A DNA stretch of 62,896 nt, the filler included, from Octopus bimaculoides (taxonomy: Eukaryota), in assembly GCF_001194135.2 (NCBI RefSeq). It is 7 parts of 7 records of this genome, joined end to end, with 100 filler letters (N's around TTAATTAATTAA, not from the genome) between each part and the next. Parts side by side here need not be neighbours in the genome. Positions count along the whole stretch, not along the records: positions 36,702 to 43,670 come from NC_068981.1; positions 43,771 to 49,628 come from NC_069003.1; 5 more parts are not named here. One strand, given 5' to 3'. The number at the start of each line of letters is the position of its first letter. The first letter of the stretch is position 1. Below the pieces are notes generated by a model. It was not told the origin of the DNA, ran no database searches, and was given only the letters and a program-made list of their open reading frames with translations. The position numbers and the translations under genes were made by a program. This document shows positions 37,150 through 48,517 of the stretch, piece after piece.

Positions 37150-37366
37150 CCATGGGGTGATGAAAAGTCCCTGGCTTTAAGAGTATTGCGAAAGACCTGG
37201 TTGGAGGCCCAACCTTCCGAGGCCTATTGCAGGGCTTAGAAAAACTGAAGGACCGCCGCAATAAGTGTGTGAATCTGAGAGGGGAATATGTTGAGGAAAA
37301 TCATAGCTAACTGATCCTTCTGTATTTTCTCTTGCTCAAAACCAAGAATTTTTCAGTACCCCCTCG
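37150..37366 (+). mobile_element. 217-bp mariner-derived MITE
   Basis: TIRs ccatggggtgatgaaaagtcc / reverse cgagggggtactgaaaaattc with TA flanks; retains LEKLKDRRNKCVNLRGEYVE of a transposase C-terminus. Confidence 0.8.
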
Positions 37367-37414
37367 TATATAGCAGTAATTAGCCATATTTACAGTATTA
37401 GAAATCATTAAGAA

Positions 37415-37612
37415 GGTGGTGAGCAGACGAATCGTTAGCACACCAGCAAAATGCTCAGCGGTATTTCGTCCGTCTTCACGTTCTGAGTTCAAATTCGACC
37501 GAGCTCGACTTTGCTTTTTATCACTTCGAGGTCGATAGAGTAAGTGCAAGTTGGATACTGAGGTCGATGTAATCGACTTACCCAGTCCCTAAAATTGCCG
37601 GTTTGGAGCCAA
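37415..37612 (+). mobile_element. SINE family B
   Basis: gaatcgttagcacaccagcaaaatgctcagcggtatttcgtc...gagttcaaattcg. Confidence 0.85.
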
Positions 37613-37664
37613 ACTTTGAAATTAATATCATAGCTCATATGTAGGTATTAATTTCAAATGTTGG

Positions 37665-37853
37665 CACGAGGCCAACAATTTCGGAGGAGGGGATAAGCCA
37701 ATTACATCAATCTCAGAGTCCAACTGATTCTTATTTTGTCGACCTCGAAAGGATGAAAAGTAAAGTCGACCTCAGCGGAATTCGAACTCAGAACGTGAAG
37801 ACGGACGAAATACTGCTAAGCTTGGCGTGGTAACGATTCTGCCTGCTCGCCGC
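37665..37853 (-). mobile_element. SINE family B, inverted next to the previous copy
   Basis: gaaaggatgaaaagtaaagtcgacctcagcggaattcgaactcagaacg. Confidence 0.85.
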
Positions 37854-37983
37854 ATTCACACACACACACACACACACACATACACACACACACACACACA
37901 CGCACGCACCCACGCACANNNNNNNNNNACATACACACACACACACACACACATACACACACACACACACACACGCACGCACC

Positions 37984-38036
<53 letters not shown>

Positions 38037-38339
38037 AATTCATAAATAATTATAGTTAAATTGCAGCAATAATATTGAGGTGGAAGTACTGTAATAATAA
38101 TGATAATGATAATAATGATGATAACAGCAACAACAACGACAACAACAACAATAATAATGATGATGATGATGATGATAATAATAATAATAATAATGATAAT
38201 AATGATAAAAACATTTGGTAAATATACTGTAGTTTGAGGTAGATAACAAGAGTATTAGGTGTTAATAAACCTTCGGTAAGTATATTGGAATAATGAATTT
38301 TAGATAGGTATAAAACAATAATAAACTGTGGGTTGATAT

Positions 38340-38535
38340 GAAATAATAACGACAGAGATACTACGCCGGACAAAATGCTCAGATATTTCTTCCGGATTTT
38401 ACATTCTGTGTTCAAATACCGCCAAGATCGTCTTGTTTTTTTTTATCCTTTTGGGGTCGATAAAATAAATGCCAGTTGAGCACTTGATCAATGTACTAGA
38501 CTAACACCTTCCCCCAAATTTGTTGGCCTTGTGCA
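38340..38535 (+). mobile_element. SINE family B, degenerate
   Basis: cgccggacaaaatgctcag...gttcaaataccgcc...ttggggtcgataaaataa. Confidence 0.7.
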
Positions 38536-38574
38536 AAAATTAGAAAAAGTTATACTGCAAGAATATTCATGCAC

Positions 38575-38900
38575 AGGCATGGGTTCAGTGCCACTGCGCT
38601 GCATCTTGGGCAAGTGTCTTCTACTCCGGATCGACTAATTCCTTGTGAGTGAATTTGGTAGACGGTAACTTTTTGGAAGCCCGTCAATATATATGTATTT
38701 GCGTATGTCTTTATGTCTGTGTATACCCTGTTACCGATTGACAACCGGTGTTGGAGTGTTTACGTTCCCACAACTTAGCGGCAAAAGAGACTGATAGATT
38801 AAGTACTAGACTTAATAATAAGTATAGGGGTGGATTTGTTCAACTGAAGCTCTTCAAGGTGGTGCCCCAGAATGGGCACAATCCAATAACTGAAAAAGAT
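38575..38900 (+). mobile_element. SINE family A, 5'-truncated
   Basis: gggttcagtgccactgcgctgcatcttgggcaagtgtcttctact core. Confidence 0.8.
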
Positions 38901-39675
38901 AGACGCTCATACAATAATAACCAAAATATACCAAAATGGTATGATACAGATAGATATATAACACTGTTATATTATAAAGACACTGCATTAATAATAAATC
39001 ATAGGTAGATATCTACCAGTAATAAACTACAAGTAGTTATGCTACTATAATATATCTTTACGTCTACGGCAATAATAAGGCTATTGGTAGTTGCACAGAC
39101 AGAAATAAGTATAGGTAGGTATAGAGTCAATGATCAGCTATATGTAGGTATACTTACAATAAGAAAAGGAGCTTCTATGCTGGACTAGCTAGAAATATCC
39201 ATCAAATCTTTCTTCAAATTACACCCTATTGTCTTCAAAATGGATGAACATATTAGATAATATAGTCCTAAAAACACCACAAAAGTCTAGATGATCACAG
39301 CTGGAATGAGAGATAGGGCTGACAGGAGTCTAAACAAGAACAAAAACAAGAACAACAACAAGAACAACAACAATCTTACACAGATATACAACAATAATAA
39401 CCCACATCGGTAATAAATATTTTATTCATATAACATTCTTCGGCACACAGATTTTTTTTATAAATAAGCATGCTGTGTTGCTGTATTAGTTATGTCTTAA
39501 CGGTTGCTAAACAAATACCAATATGCAAATTAGTTCACCCACGTGTGAGTTAAGATGCATTTTCTATGTCGCTGTGAGCACAGCAGGACTATATATGATT
39601 TTAACGTATAAATATACTGCAGTATACTGAATATTTTAAAATAACATGTTGTATTGATATATTGGTTAAATGTAT

Positions 39676-39712
<37 letters not shown>

Positions 39713-39927
39713 AACACACACGAATTCATACTTCATAAACAAACATGCACACATGCACATACATACATACATACATACATACATACATAAAAATGTATAT
39801 GCACACACACCTACGCACATACATAATTTATATTACCAATACACCACCAACACAGCATGCTAAGTTTTAAAAAATTCACACACGCGTACGTGTTTATGTG
39901 TATGTGCGTGTGAATGTGTGTGTGTGA

Positions 39928-39968
<41 letters not shown>

Positions 39969-40171
39969 ATTGTTGCAGGAAAAGTGATAAAGGGAAACGA
40001 AAGGAGAGATTATGGAAATAAATTGAAAGGGAATGTTTTGAGAGTTGATGGGAATAAATTGGAAGAAATGAACGGAGAAATCTGGTGTTGAATGATATAT
40101 TGGAGAAACCAGAGGGAGAGAGAAAGGAAGAGAGAGAGGGAGAGAGAGGAACGGATAGAGAGAGTGAGAGA

Positions 40172-40218
<47 letters not shown>

Positions 40219-40399
40219 CAAACTAAGTAGGGATCTTTTTGGCAAAAAAGGCAAAATAAGTAGGGATCCTTTTGATTTCATGCATCAGATCTGATTATTT
40301 TGAAAATTTCTACAGAATTAGTTTTTCATGTTAATTACGAAATTCATGATATTCTTTTTTGAGAAACTAAAAGTAAAAAGAATTACATAACTTTAAAAC

Positions 40400-41630
40400 T
40401 CGAAATTGTTTTGAATTTCAACCAACCACATATGGCCATTTCCGACACGCCGGAAGTTGGAATTATCATATATTCTCAAGGCAAAATATTGAACTAGCGT
40501 GAGCGAATATATTGAAAGGAAACAGATTAAGCCAGTGTGGAGAAGAAAATAAGTGAAAACTATTATGAACGATCGAGTGCAGTTTTTGGGAAGTCTAAGG
40601 GTATACATTGAAAAAGAAAGAACGTTGCATAGGATATAATACCGAGGAATAGAATTTGTTAGCGGAAACACCAAATAAATGTTCCCGTTGTTGGTGGTGA
40701 CGCCCAACATTAATTGCAAGAAATTAGGCTGCAAAGTATTTGTCTGTGCGAAAAGGTTTGAGTGTAGCACTAACAATCATAGTTGCATTATTAATTGTTG
40801 GTTGAAAGAATTATCGACTGTTCGTTTCTTTAGAGAAAAGGTGGAAATGAATCACGGCATCATGGTTGATTATAACAAGTACACGACAGAACTGTGTGCA
40901 AAGGATCTTCTTCGTAATCCAATGTAAATAGATGGCCTGATCGTTTCAAAAAATGTTTCAAAGATAATATGTGGTTTTATAAATGCTTTCATGTATTAAG
41001 TTTTTAGCTACGAGTAATAATTTCCGAATGTCCAGCATCTTTAGAGGTTCTTCCAGTTGATGTTAAATGTTGTAGCAATTTTGTTGTATTAATGTTTTCT
41101 ATATTTCTGAAGGACTAAGTATGGCTAAAATATTGCTATTTGAATTTATTTTCCGCCATAAATATGTAGTTTTTATGTTGAATTTTTAGGATTAATTTGG
41201 TGGTGGTAACTTCTGCCTCGTAGATATTCACTTCAGCGTTGTAAAGGCTTGTTACCAAGTGAATCACTTCATCCCCTGACTCAGCTATGTTATTCACAGC
41301 ACCCATTATGTTGAACTTCTTTCTGAATTATCAGACTGCGGGTGCGTTCCTTTTTGTCAATTGTATTCTTAAGTTGTTTGAATTATTTTCTTCTCAGATA
41401 ATATGACTTGCAGTTAGCTATTACATCTTGATACATAGGCTGAAGCAAAGATGTATTCACGGAGATATATTCTACTCTCGCATTTTCAAAAAGCACCGTT
41501 AAGTTCAATAAGTGGCTTAATGCATTCTCTAAAGAGAAGGGTAAACATAAATCCAACAGTAATTGTTAGCAACTCTGAATGATAAAGGGAAATAATTTCA
41601 AGGAATTAAAAATAAATACAAGGTTAAACT
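40400..41630 (-). mobile_element. Penelope-like element remnant (RT C-terminus to GIY-YIG), heavily decayed
   Basis: KKIIQTT..E.N.QK linker and VTTNN..LFGVSANKF segments resemble the PLE thumb/linker and GIY-YIG; many stops. Confidence 0.45.
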
Positions 41631-41774
41631 CACATTTGAAAGAGAAAAAATATCTGATGTTTGTTTCTGAAGTGAGGGGCAGCTATAAACATTGTATTTC
41701 GGCCTCGATTTGGTCTTAGCAGAATAACATTATATTATTGTTAGAAATATTGTCTGGCAATCACTTCGTGATTT

Positions 41775-42304
41775 ATGAGCCAGGTTTAATGAAATCATAA
41801 TGGATCACACTTGCGCCAGACCACCAAACACACACCATCAGCTTCTTTTGATGAATTTTGATTTTTGGACCGTGTTTTGGTAGCTTGTCTTTGTCTAGCC
41901 ATTGTGCTGAACGTTTACGGTTGTTGTATTGGATCCATTTCTCATCACATGTTACAGTTTGATTAAAAAATGATTAATTTTTGTGACGAGAAAGTAGCAT
42001 ACCGGAAGCTTCCAAACGTTGCTGTTTCTTTCATTGAGTTCACTTATTGGAACCCACTTATCCAACTTTTTCACTCGGCAGTGGCTTTCCGTTCTTCATT
42101 ATCCACCTTTGTTTCTGGTCGACCGCGTTGCTCATTTGTGAGGTCAAAGTTACCAGGACGAAATTTTGCAAACAAATTTGATACTGTCTACTGTGTAATA
42201 ACATTAGAATGAAATACTCCATTACTATTCCGGGCTGTCTGTGATGCTGTATTTCCAAGAAAGAACTCATATTTCAAAACTGTACGAATTTCCGACTTAT
42301 CCAT
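41775..42304 (-). mobile_element. Mariner transposase remnant (third lineage)
   Basis: MDKSEIRTVLKYEF, FAKFRPGNFDLTNEQRGRP, KKLDKWVP, VTCDEKWIQYNNRKRSAQWLDKD, HQKKLMVCVWW. Confidence 0.9.
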
Positions 42305-42829
42305 CTCTAAACAAAAATAGCAAAAAAACAAAACAAAAAAAAAAACAAAGCAAAAACAACAAACAAACAAACAAAAAAAAAACGATTTATAAATACTTTA
42401 TAAAGTGCAAAATGAGTTAGAATAGAGAAATAGATGTATCAGCTTTCTAACAAAAAAACCCCCCAAAAAACTAAAGATTGTCAAAATATAATAATGGCGC
42501 AAAATGAGCAGCTGTCAAAGTTTACCATATACCTTACTACAAATTTCATACTTGACGACCTAATAGTTACTAGATTTTTGTTAGTATCTAGAAAGTTGGT
42601 AGCACTGATCGTAAGCGACATCTGTTTTGAGTAAGTTCTTCGCCCCACCTCCGGAAGCAGATATTGATGTTGATGATCTCTACAAGATGAGTGACATTCG
42701 TGTTGTAGTTGGTGAAGCAAAGAAAGGCAAGATGATTGCGTGAGGCGTCATCAAAGGTTTGTCTGGTACTCTGAAAAATATATACATGAAAATTTAATAC
42801 TGTGTTCACGAATTGAGATTAGTTCATTA

Positions 42830-43235
42830 TTACTGGATGCAGTAATGTTGATAGACTTACCTTTGTTTTTTGCTGAACTGATTCGAGAATAATGTAATAC
42901 TTTCAGTTTGACGTTGCTTGAAAGAGTTCAGCTATAGTGGTCTAATAAACGCCACAGTCAGTCATATTTAAGGGACACGACTCAGCGTAATGTTATCTCC
43001 TCTTTACTGTGATCTGTTTGTATTTTGTTGGAGGATTTTGTAGTTATGCAGTGAAATAATTTTTCTTATAGAATATATAGAATAACTGGCTTTGATATTT
43101 TCCCTGTTGAATAATTTATAAAGCTTGTTGTCTTTCTGGAAGTGTTTGTTGATTAAAGATAGAAATTATTTTGCCACGCAGGTTATAACGTTCTTGCTGA
43201 ACGTGAACGTTCTTGTATATAATCCATCCACTACA
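42830..43235 (-). mobile_element. Penelope-like fragment
   Basis: FSKNVITCVAK..INKHFQKDNKLYKLFNRENIKASYS, typical PLE linker before GIY-YIG. Confidence 0.7.
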
Positions 43236-43269
43236 AAAGAAAAATGAAAAAAGCACCAGGGAGAGAAAT

Positions 43270-43520
43270 ACGATCTGTTTCAATCAACCGTGTTCAGTAA
43301 GAACGTTATAACCTTCGGGGCAAAACAATTCCTCTCCTTAATCAACAAGCATTTCCACAGACATCAAACTTCATAAATTATTCAACAGGAAAAATTATTT
43401 CGTTGCATAACTACAAAATCCTTCAGCAGAATAAAAATAGAACAAACCGAAGAGGAGATAACTGCAAGTGTCGAAACAACTATACCGCGTGTATGACACT
43501 TTGGTGCACTGACAACTACA
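43270..43520 (+). mobile_element. Penelope-like fragment, back-to-back with the previous one
   Basis: VFSKNVITFGAKQFLSLINKHF..KLFNR..IISLHNYKILQQ..NCKCR. Confidence 0.7.
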
Positions 43521-43573
43521 TCGCTCCACCCATTAAATTAAACAGTGAAAATAACACAATTGTATACTCATAG

Positions 43574-43670
<97 letters not shown>

Positions 43671-43714
43671 NNNNNNNNNNNNNNNNNNNNNNNNNNNNNN
43701 NNNNNNNNNNNNNN

Positions 43715-43726
43715 TTAATTAATTAA
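43715..43726. other. Artificial scaffold linker
   Basis: Same layout. Confidence 0.95.
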
Positions 43727-43823
43727 NNNNNNNNNNNNNNNNNNNNNNNNNNNNNNNNNNNNNNNNNNNNTATATATATATATATATATATATGAGATTT
43801 CTATATAGGAAGCTTAAACGATT

Positions 43824-43829
43824 TTTAAT
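43824..43829 (-). promoter_or_regulatory. Possible poly(A) signal ATTAAA for the HS1BP3-like gene
   Basis: ATTAAA about 50 nt after the stop on the minus strand; common by chance in AT-rich DNA. Confidence 0.2.
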
Positions 43830-43876
43830 TTTGCGACTAAGTCTCTAAACCTTTGATTGAACTGGATCAATGGATG

Positions 43877-44084
43877 TTATGAAAAAAGGTCAACCTCCTC
43901 TCTATCCGTGTTTTCTTCAATATATTTTGCAAATTCATCAACAGATGTTGGTAAAACAGGGCTGGGCTGCTTAGCTATCTGCGCTGCATCTGCTGCTTTT
44001 TTAGGTTTGTGTGTTCTTGGGGTTGGCACTGGCTTCCTGGGTTTTTTGTTCACTGCTAGCAGTTGCGAAAGGTCGTCTTCCACT
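43877..44084 (-). CDS. HS1BP3: HS1BP3-like gene, terminal coding exon: VEDDLSQLLAVNKKPRKPVPTPR...TSVDEFAKYIEENTDREEVDLFS*
   Basis: Acceptor ttctttctaattaacAG, phase 2, stop TAA at 43877-43879. LLQ|VEDDLSQLL matches human LFR-VEEDLDQIL; the Pro/Lys-rich stretch and the C-terminal DEFAKYIEEN...DLF match human DILQYIQDH...SLF (recalled). Confidence 0.82.
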
Positions 44085-44158
44085 CTGTTAATTAGAAAGA
44101 ATTACCGTCAACACAAATTGATTAACTTTATGTAATAATAATAATAATAATAATATTA

Positions 44159-44329
44159 GGCGTAGGAGTGACTGTGTGGTAAGTAGCTTGCTTACGAACC
44201 ACATGGTTCCGGGTTCAGTCAAACTGCGTGGCACCTTGGGCAAGTGTCTTCTACTATAGCCTCGGGCCGACCAAAGCCTTGTGAGTGGATTTGGTAGACA
44301 GAAACTGAAAGAAGCCCGTCGTATATATG

Positions 44330-44376
<47 letters not shown>

Positions 44377-44577
44377 TTGTGTGTCTGTATTTGTCCCCCC
44401 AACATCGCTTGACAACTGATGTTGGAGTGTTTACATCCGCGTAACTTAGCGGTTCGGCAAAAAGAGACCGATAGAATAAGTACTAGGCTTCCAAAGAAGA
44501 AGCCCTGGCGTCGATTAGTTCGACTAAAGGCGGTGCTCCAGCATGGCCACAGTCAAATGACTGAAACAAGTAAAAGA

Positions 44578-44580
<3 letters not shown>
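44159..44580 (+). mobile_element. SINE family A, full length, in the last HS1BP3 intron
   Basis: ggcgtaggagtgactgtgtggtaag head, internal (TA/TG)n, gactgaaacaagtaaaagag tail. Confidence 0.9.
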
Positions 44581-44609
<29 letters not shown>

Positions 44610-44619
44610 TACAATAATG

Positions 44620-44800
44620 GTTTAAGATTTTACCACAAGGGCAGCCGTTTGGTGGGAGGGGATGAGTTGATTACATCTACCCAGTGTGTGGATGGTACTT
44701 AATTTATTGACCCCAAAAGGATGAAAAGACAAAGTTGACGTAGGCAGAATTTGAACTGAGAACATGAAGACTGATGAAATACTGCTAAGCTGCCGCCGCC
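44620..44800 (-). mobile_element. SINE family B
   Basis: ccccaaaaggatgaaaagacaaagttgacgtaggcagaatttgaactgagaac. Confidence 0.75.
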
Positions 44801-45295
44801 GGCAGCGGCTGCTGCTTGGATTTGTGGTATAGGTTATGATATTGGTTGCAGTCGCCATCATCATAACATACACCCAAAATATAAAGACCTTTTTGTAAAA
44901 CTTCCTACATTGTTAGAAGCTTTCTTTATTTCCCTTTTCTTCCTTTTCTATTTCTGTACTATAATGCTTCAAGCAAACTCCAACACTCTCATATATATAT
45001 ATATATATATCAACCTGGGGTTGCATAAGGTAAAGAGATAAAAATTGCCTGCAGGAAGGATATCAATAAGTCTTATGCAACCCATACCAACATGTGTCCT
45101 TTCATTTTTATTAGACAGCTGAGTGTGATATAAGTGAAATTTCATAGCTATTTTTTTCAGCAGATTGAGTGACACAGTAGGGTATTCGTTGCCTAATCTA
45201 CTCAGTCAAAATTACCTTCTCCATGGTATAGAATAATTGTAGAGAATAAAACTGAAGTTGAAAAGTAGGGGAAGAATAATGACAGAAATTCTTAC

Positions 45296-45428
45296 TGAAG
45301 AAGATCATCTGAAAATAAATTGGATTTGTTTTCCGGAGATAATGTTTTTTCTTCTGTGACGGGACTCAGTATACTTTTAACAGATTCTTCCTCCAAGTTT
45401 TCTTCTTCAAACATTTTCACTTTGTAAG
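45296..45428 (-). CDS. HS1BP3: HS1BP3-like gene, penultimate exon: (S)YKVKMFEEENLEEESVKSILSPVTEEKTLSPENKSNLFSDDLL(Q)
   Basis: Acceptor ttgtttatctttcAG, donor GTaaga, 133 nt, phase 1 in / phase 2 out, exactly bridging the two flanking exons. KMFEEENL parallels human KLFDDPDL. Missed by the ORF track. Confidence 0.8.
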
Positions 45429-45706
45429 CTGAAAGATAAACAAGTTATTTTAACCATTTTGCCAAATTCATCAGAGTTCAGGCATGAATGTGAGATTAAG
45501 AACATAAGAGTAAGTGATTATATACAGTATATATCTCTTTTATTAATTGTTTCACCAAGTACATACATATATACATCAATTGGGTGAAAGCACCATCAGT
45601 TACTTCAAACTAAAACCACTAACCCAGACAACAATATCCTTTCCATTTCAAGCAAGGCATACCAGAACTAATCCATATAGTCACTAAACCCCACCTCTCT
45701 ATCTCT

Positions 45707-45788
<82 letters not shown>

Positions 45789-46379
45789 GGATTACCTCTC
45801 TCTCTATCTCTTTATCAAGGTATATGTGTCTTTCGCTATCTATCTATCTCTCTTTCTCTATATATCTAGCTATATCTCTATCAGGGGATATACCTCTCTC
45901 TCTCTATCTCTCTCTCTCCCTCTCTCTCTATCTATCTATCTATCTATCTCTATCTCTCTATCCTGGGATATACCTCTCTCTTTCTCTCTCTCCCCACCAA
46001 CCCCCGAGCATATATCTTGATCTCTCTAACTTCTTTTGTCATATCTCATTCCCGTCCAATATTTCAAAAGTGAAAATGGTCATTAAAAGTACACTACAAT
46101 AACTTATTTCCCTTGTTCTATGCATTTATCTCCCTTAGATCCACTTTGAAAAGAGCTGCTTTCGGAGGAAATCAAACCAACTAAATTGAATAGCTTTCAT
46201 TAAGGGCGAGAATCCTTGGAATATACATATAACCCATTCTTACGTATAGCTATAAGACTTGGGACACGAACAGACAAATGCAACAACTTATCAATACAGC
46301 AGAGATGTAATTCTTTAGATGAATACTGGAGATAGAGCAATAAATGTAGAAGTCTATAGAGCAGATACCACCAGGACTT

Positions 46380-46900
46380 GATATCATCATCATTAACATT
46401 CAGCATCCGTTTTCCACGCTGGGATGGGTCAGGCGTCTTGACAGGAACTGACAAAATCAAGGGCCGCACCACGCTCAATGGTCTGTTTTCGCTTGGTTTC
46501 TACAGCTGGGTGCTTTTCTTAAAGCCAACCACTTTACAGAGTGTATTGGGTGCTTTTTATGTGGCACCAGCACCTGTACTTTTTAAGAAGCACCATCACC
46601 AGTGTTTTTTAAGAGGCACCATCACCAGTGTTTTTTATGTGGCACCATCACCAGTGCTTTCTATGTGGCACTAGCACCTGTGCTTTTTAAATGGCACCAG
46701 CACCTGTACTTTTTAAGAGGCACCATCACCGGTGTTTTTTAAGAGGCACCATCACCAGTGCTTTTTATGTGGCACCATCACCAGTGCTTTTTACATGGCA
46801 TCAGTACCTATGCTTTCTATATGGAACTATCACCAGTGCTTTCTATGTGGCACCAGCACCAGCACTTTTTACGTGGAACCAGCACCCATACCAATGCTGT
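46380..46900 (+). mobile_element. SINE-like family E copy with its 3' 26-bp unit amplified into a minisatellite (about 46550-46875)
   Basis: ctacagctgggtgcttttcttaaagccaaccact followed by about 13 x GTGCTTTTTATGTGGCACCA(G/T)CACC(A/T). Confidence 0.8.
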
Positions 46901-47327
46901 TTATATAGCACCTTCGTTTTAGGATCTCAATTCTGTTGAGGTGGGCAGATCTTTTTGAGTACAACAATGTGCCACATATCTTGGTTCTCTGTCATCAGCC
47001 TTCAATACTTCGTCCCAAGAAGACAAAACCTTGAACACTTAGTAACAATAAGGAAATTGAAAGGAAGAAGCCAGGGAAAACAGAGAGAGGAAGTGTTAAA
47101 TTGCTTTACAAGCTGTCTACAGAAAAATTGTATCAATAACCCACTAAACTGCATGAGTGACAGAAAGGTATGAAGCTCCATGATCACCAATACCTGTAGA
47201 TATATCTCATAATGAGGAACAAAAGGGTATTTATGTGACTACATAATTGCTTGACATCCTAGAAATAACAGCCAAATTCACTTCAAATAACACCCTACCT
47301 ACATTCACAAAGAAGGATAGATTAGAG

Positions 47328-47582
47328 TAGTGCTACTCAAACATTTTTTTTTTTTACCTATGGACCCCTTTGATTCCTATTTTATTCAACTGGACCCTCC
47401 TAGGTATCTGATGTTTAAAAAACCCTATTTATATTGGATATTATTAGGGATTGTATTAAAAAAATTTGTTAAAATATTTTGTGTATTGTAGAAGTATAAC
47501 CAGTTTATTGCACATAGATTTTTAACAACAAAATCTTAAATGGACCCCCAAAGCTCATAAGGACCTTGGTTGAGAATCATTG
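47328..47582. mobile_element. hAT-type MITE
   Basis: Degenerate CAGTGGTTCTCAACC-type TIRs (tagtgctactcaaac / ggttgagaatcattg); flanks gattagag and tgttaggg may be a decayed 8-bp TSD. Confidence 0.55.
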
Positions 47583-47662
47583 TGTTAGGGGATACAGTGC
47601 TCTGAAACTTTAAACATCAAAGGACAATACCACAGGTATTTTTTTCAAAAAGGGTATTTTAG

Positions 47663-47975
47663 TGGAGGCGCAATGGCCTAGTGGTTAGGGCAGTGGACTC
47701 GCAGTCGGAGGATCGAGGTTTCGATTCCCAGACCAGGCGTTGTGTGTGTTTACTGAACGAAAACACCTAAAGCTCCACAAGGCTCTGGCAGGGGGTGGTG
47801 GCGAACCCTGCTGTACTCTCTCACCCCAACTTTCTCTCACTCTTTCTTCCTGTTCCTTGAGTAACGCTGCGATGGACTGGCGTCCTGTCCAGCTGGGAGG
47901 AACACATACGCCAAAGAAACCGGGAAACCGGGCCCATGAGTCTGGCTAGGCTTTAAAAGGGTGCATAAAAAAAAA
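47663..47975 (+). mobile_element. tRNA-derived SINE family C with V-domain-like core and A tail
   Basis: A box tggcctagtggttagg, B box ggtttcgattcc, ctgcgatggactggcgtcctgtccag core, A10 tail. Confidence 0.85.
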
Positions 47976-48167
47976 AACATTCTTTTCAAATACTTTACCA
48001 ACTCTACTATCTGCCAACAATGGATATAAATATAGTTTGTTTTTGCTTTTTTATTGAATAAGGGGAGGGAAATGGGCCTTTTCACTTTTCTGAATTACAA
48101 AAATTAGAATCATGCCAACCAAAATACAAAAACAAACTGAAATTAGAAATATAATGAAGACACTCAC

Positions 48168-48292
48168 ATTTTGCTTTGGAATCACCAACAAAAAGGTTTG
48201 AATCCGATTTCTTCTGATTTGTTCCTATATCTGAAAACAATTCTTGGGGTTCTTCTTCCTCTTCACCAAAAATGTTAACATCATCCATTGGA
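48168..48292 (-). CDS. HS1BP3: HS1BP3-like gene, internal exon (third from last): xPMDDVNIFGEEEEEPQELFSDIGTNQKKSDSNLFVGDSKAK
   Basis: Acceptor ttttttccatctgttttcAG, donor GTgagt, 125 nt, phase 2 in / phase 1 out, joins the next exon in frame. IFGEEEEEPQELF parallels the human HS1BP3 segment TIFDEEVDPDEGLF (recalled sequence, not a search). Confidence 0.8.
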
Positions 48293-48374
48293 CTGAAAAC
48301 AGATGGAAAAAATCATTTCATTTAATCTTTTAAAACAAATATTTACTTAATTATATCTACTTTGTAGTCTAAAT

Positions 48375-48515
48375 GGTGAAGGCACATGGCCCAGTGATTA
48401 GGGTGTGGCGTACACAATCACAAGATCGTAGTTTCAATTTCTGGACCACATGGTGCATTGCATTCTTGTATTCTTACATTGCCCTAGTCTACTTAACTGT
48501 AAATTAATAACCTTG
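48375..48515 (+). mobile_element. Degenerate tRNA-head SINE
   Basis: atggcccagtgattagggtgtggc...gtttcaatttc. Confidence 0.5.
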
Positions 48516-48517
48516 CG

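Noticed and set aside
41655-41740. Hammerhead-like traces next to the PLE remnant
   Set aside because: Too many core mismatches on either strand.
42851-42930. Exon-like segment with GTAAGT donor on minus
   Set aside because: Lies inside the Penelope-like fragment; weak acceptor.
46550-46875. CRISPR-like array
   Set aside because: Contiguous tandem units without unique spacers, eukaryotic context, no cas genes.
47663-47735. tRNA gene
   Set aside because: A and B boxes continue into SINE body with no acceptor-stem closure; same for all other tRNA-like heads.
43877-48292. Alternative calls FAM21/WASHC2 or a receptor PTP wedge region
   Set aside because: The order of motifs, the Q|VEDDL junction and the C-terminal YIEEN..DLF stop fit HS1BP3 better; a stop right after the supposed wedge excludes a PTP domain.
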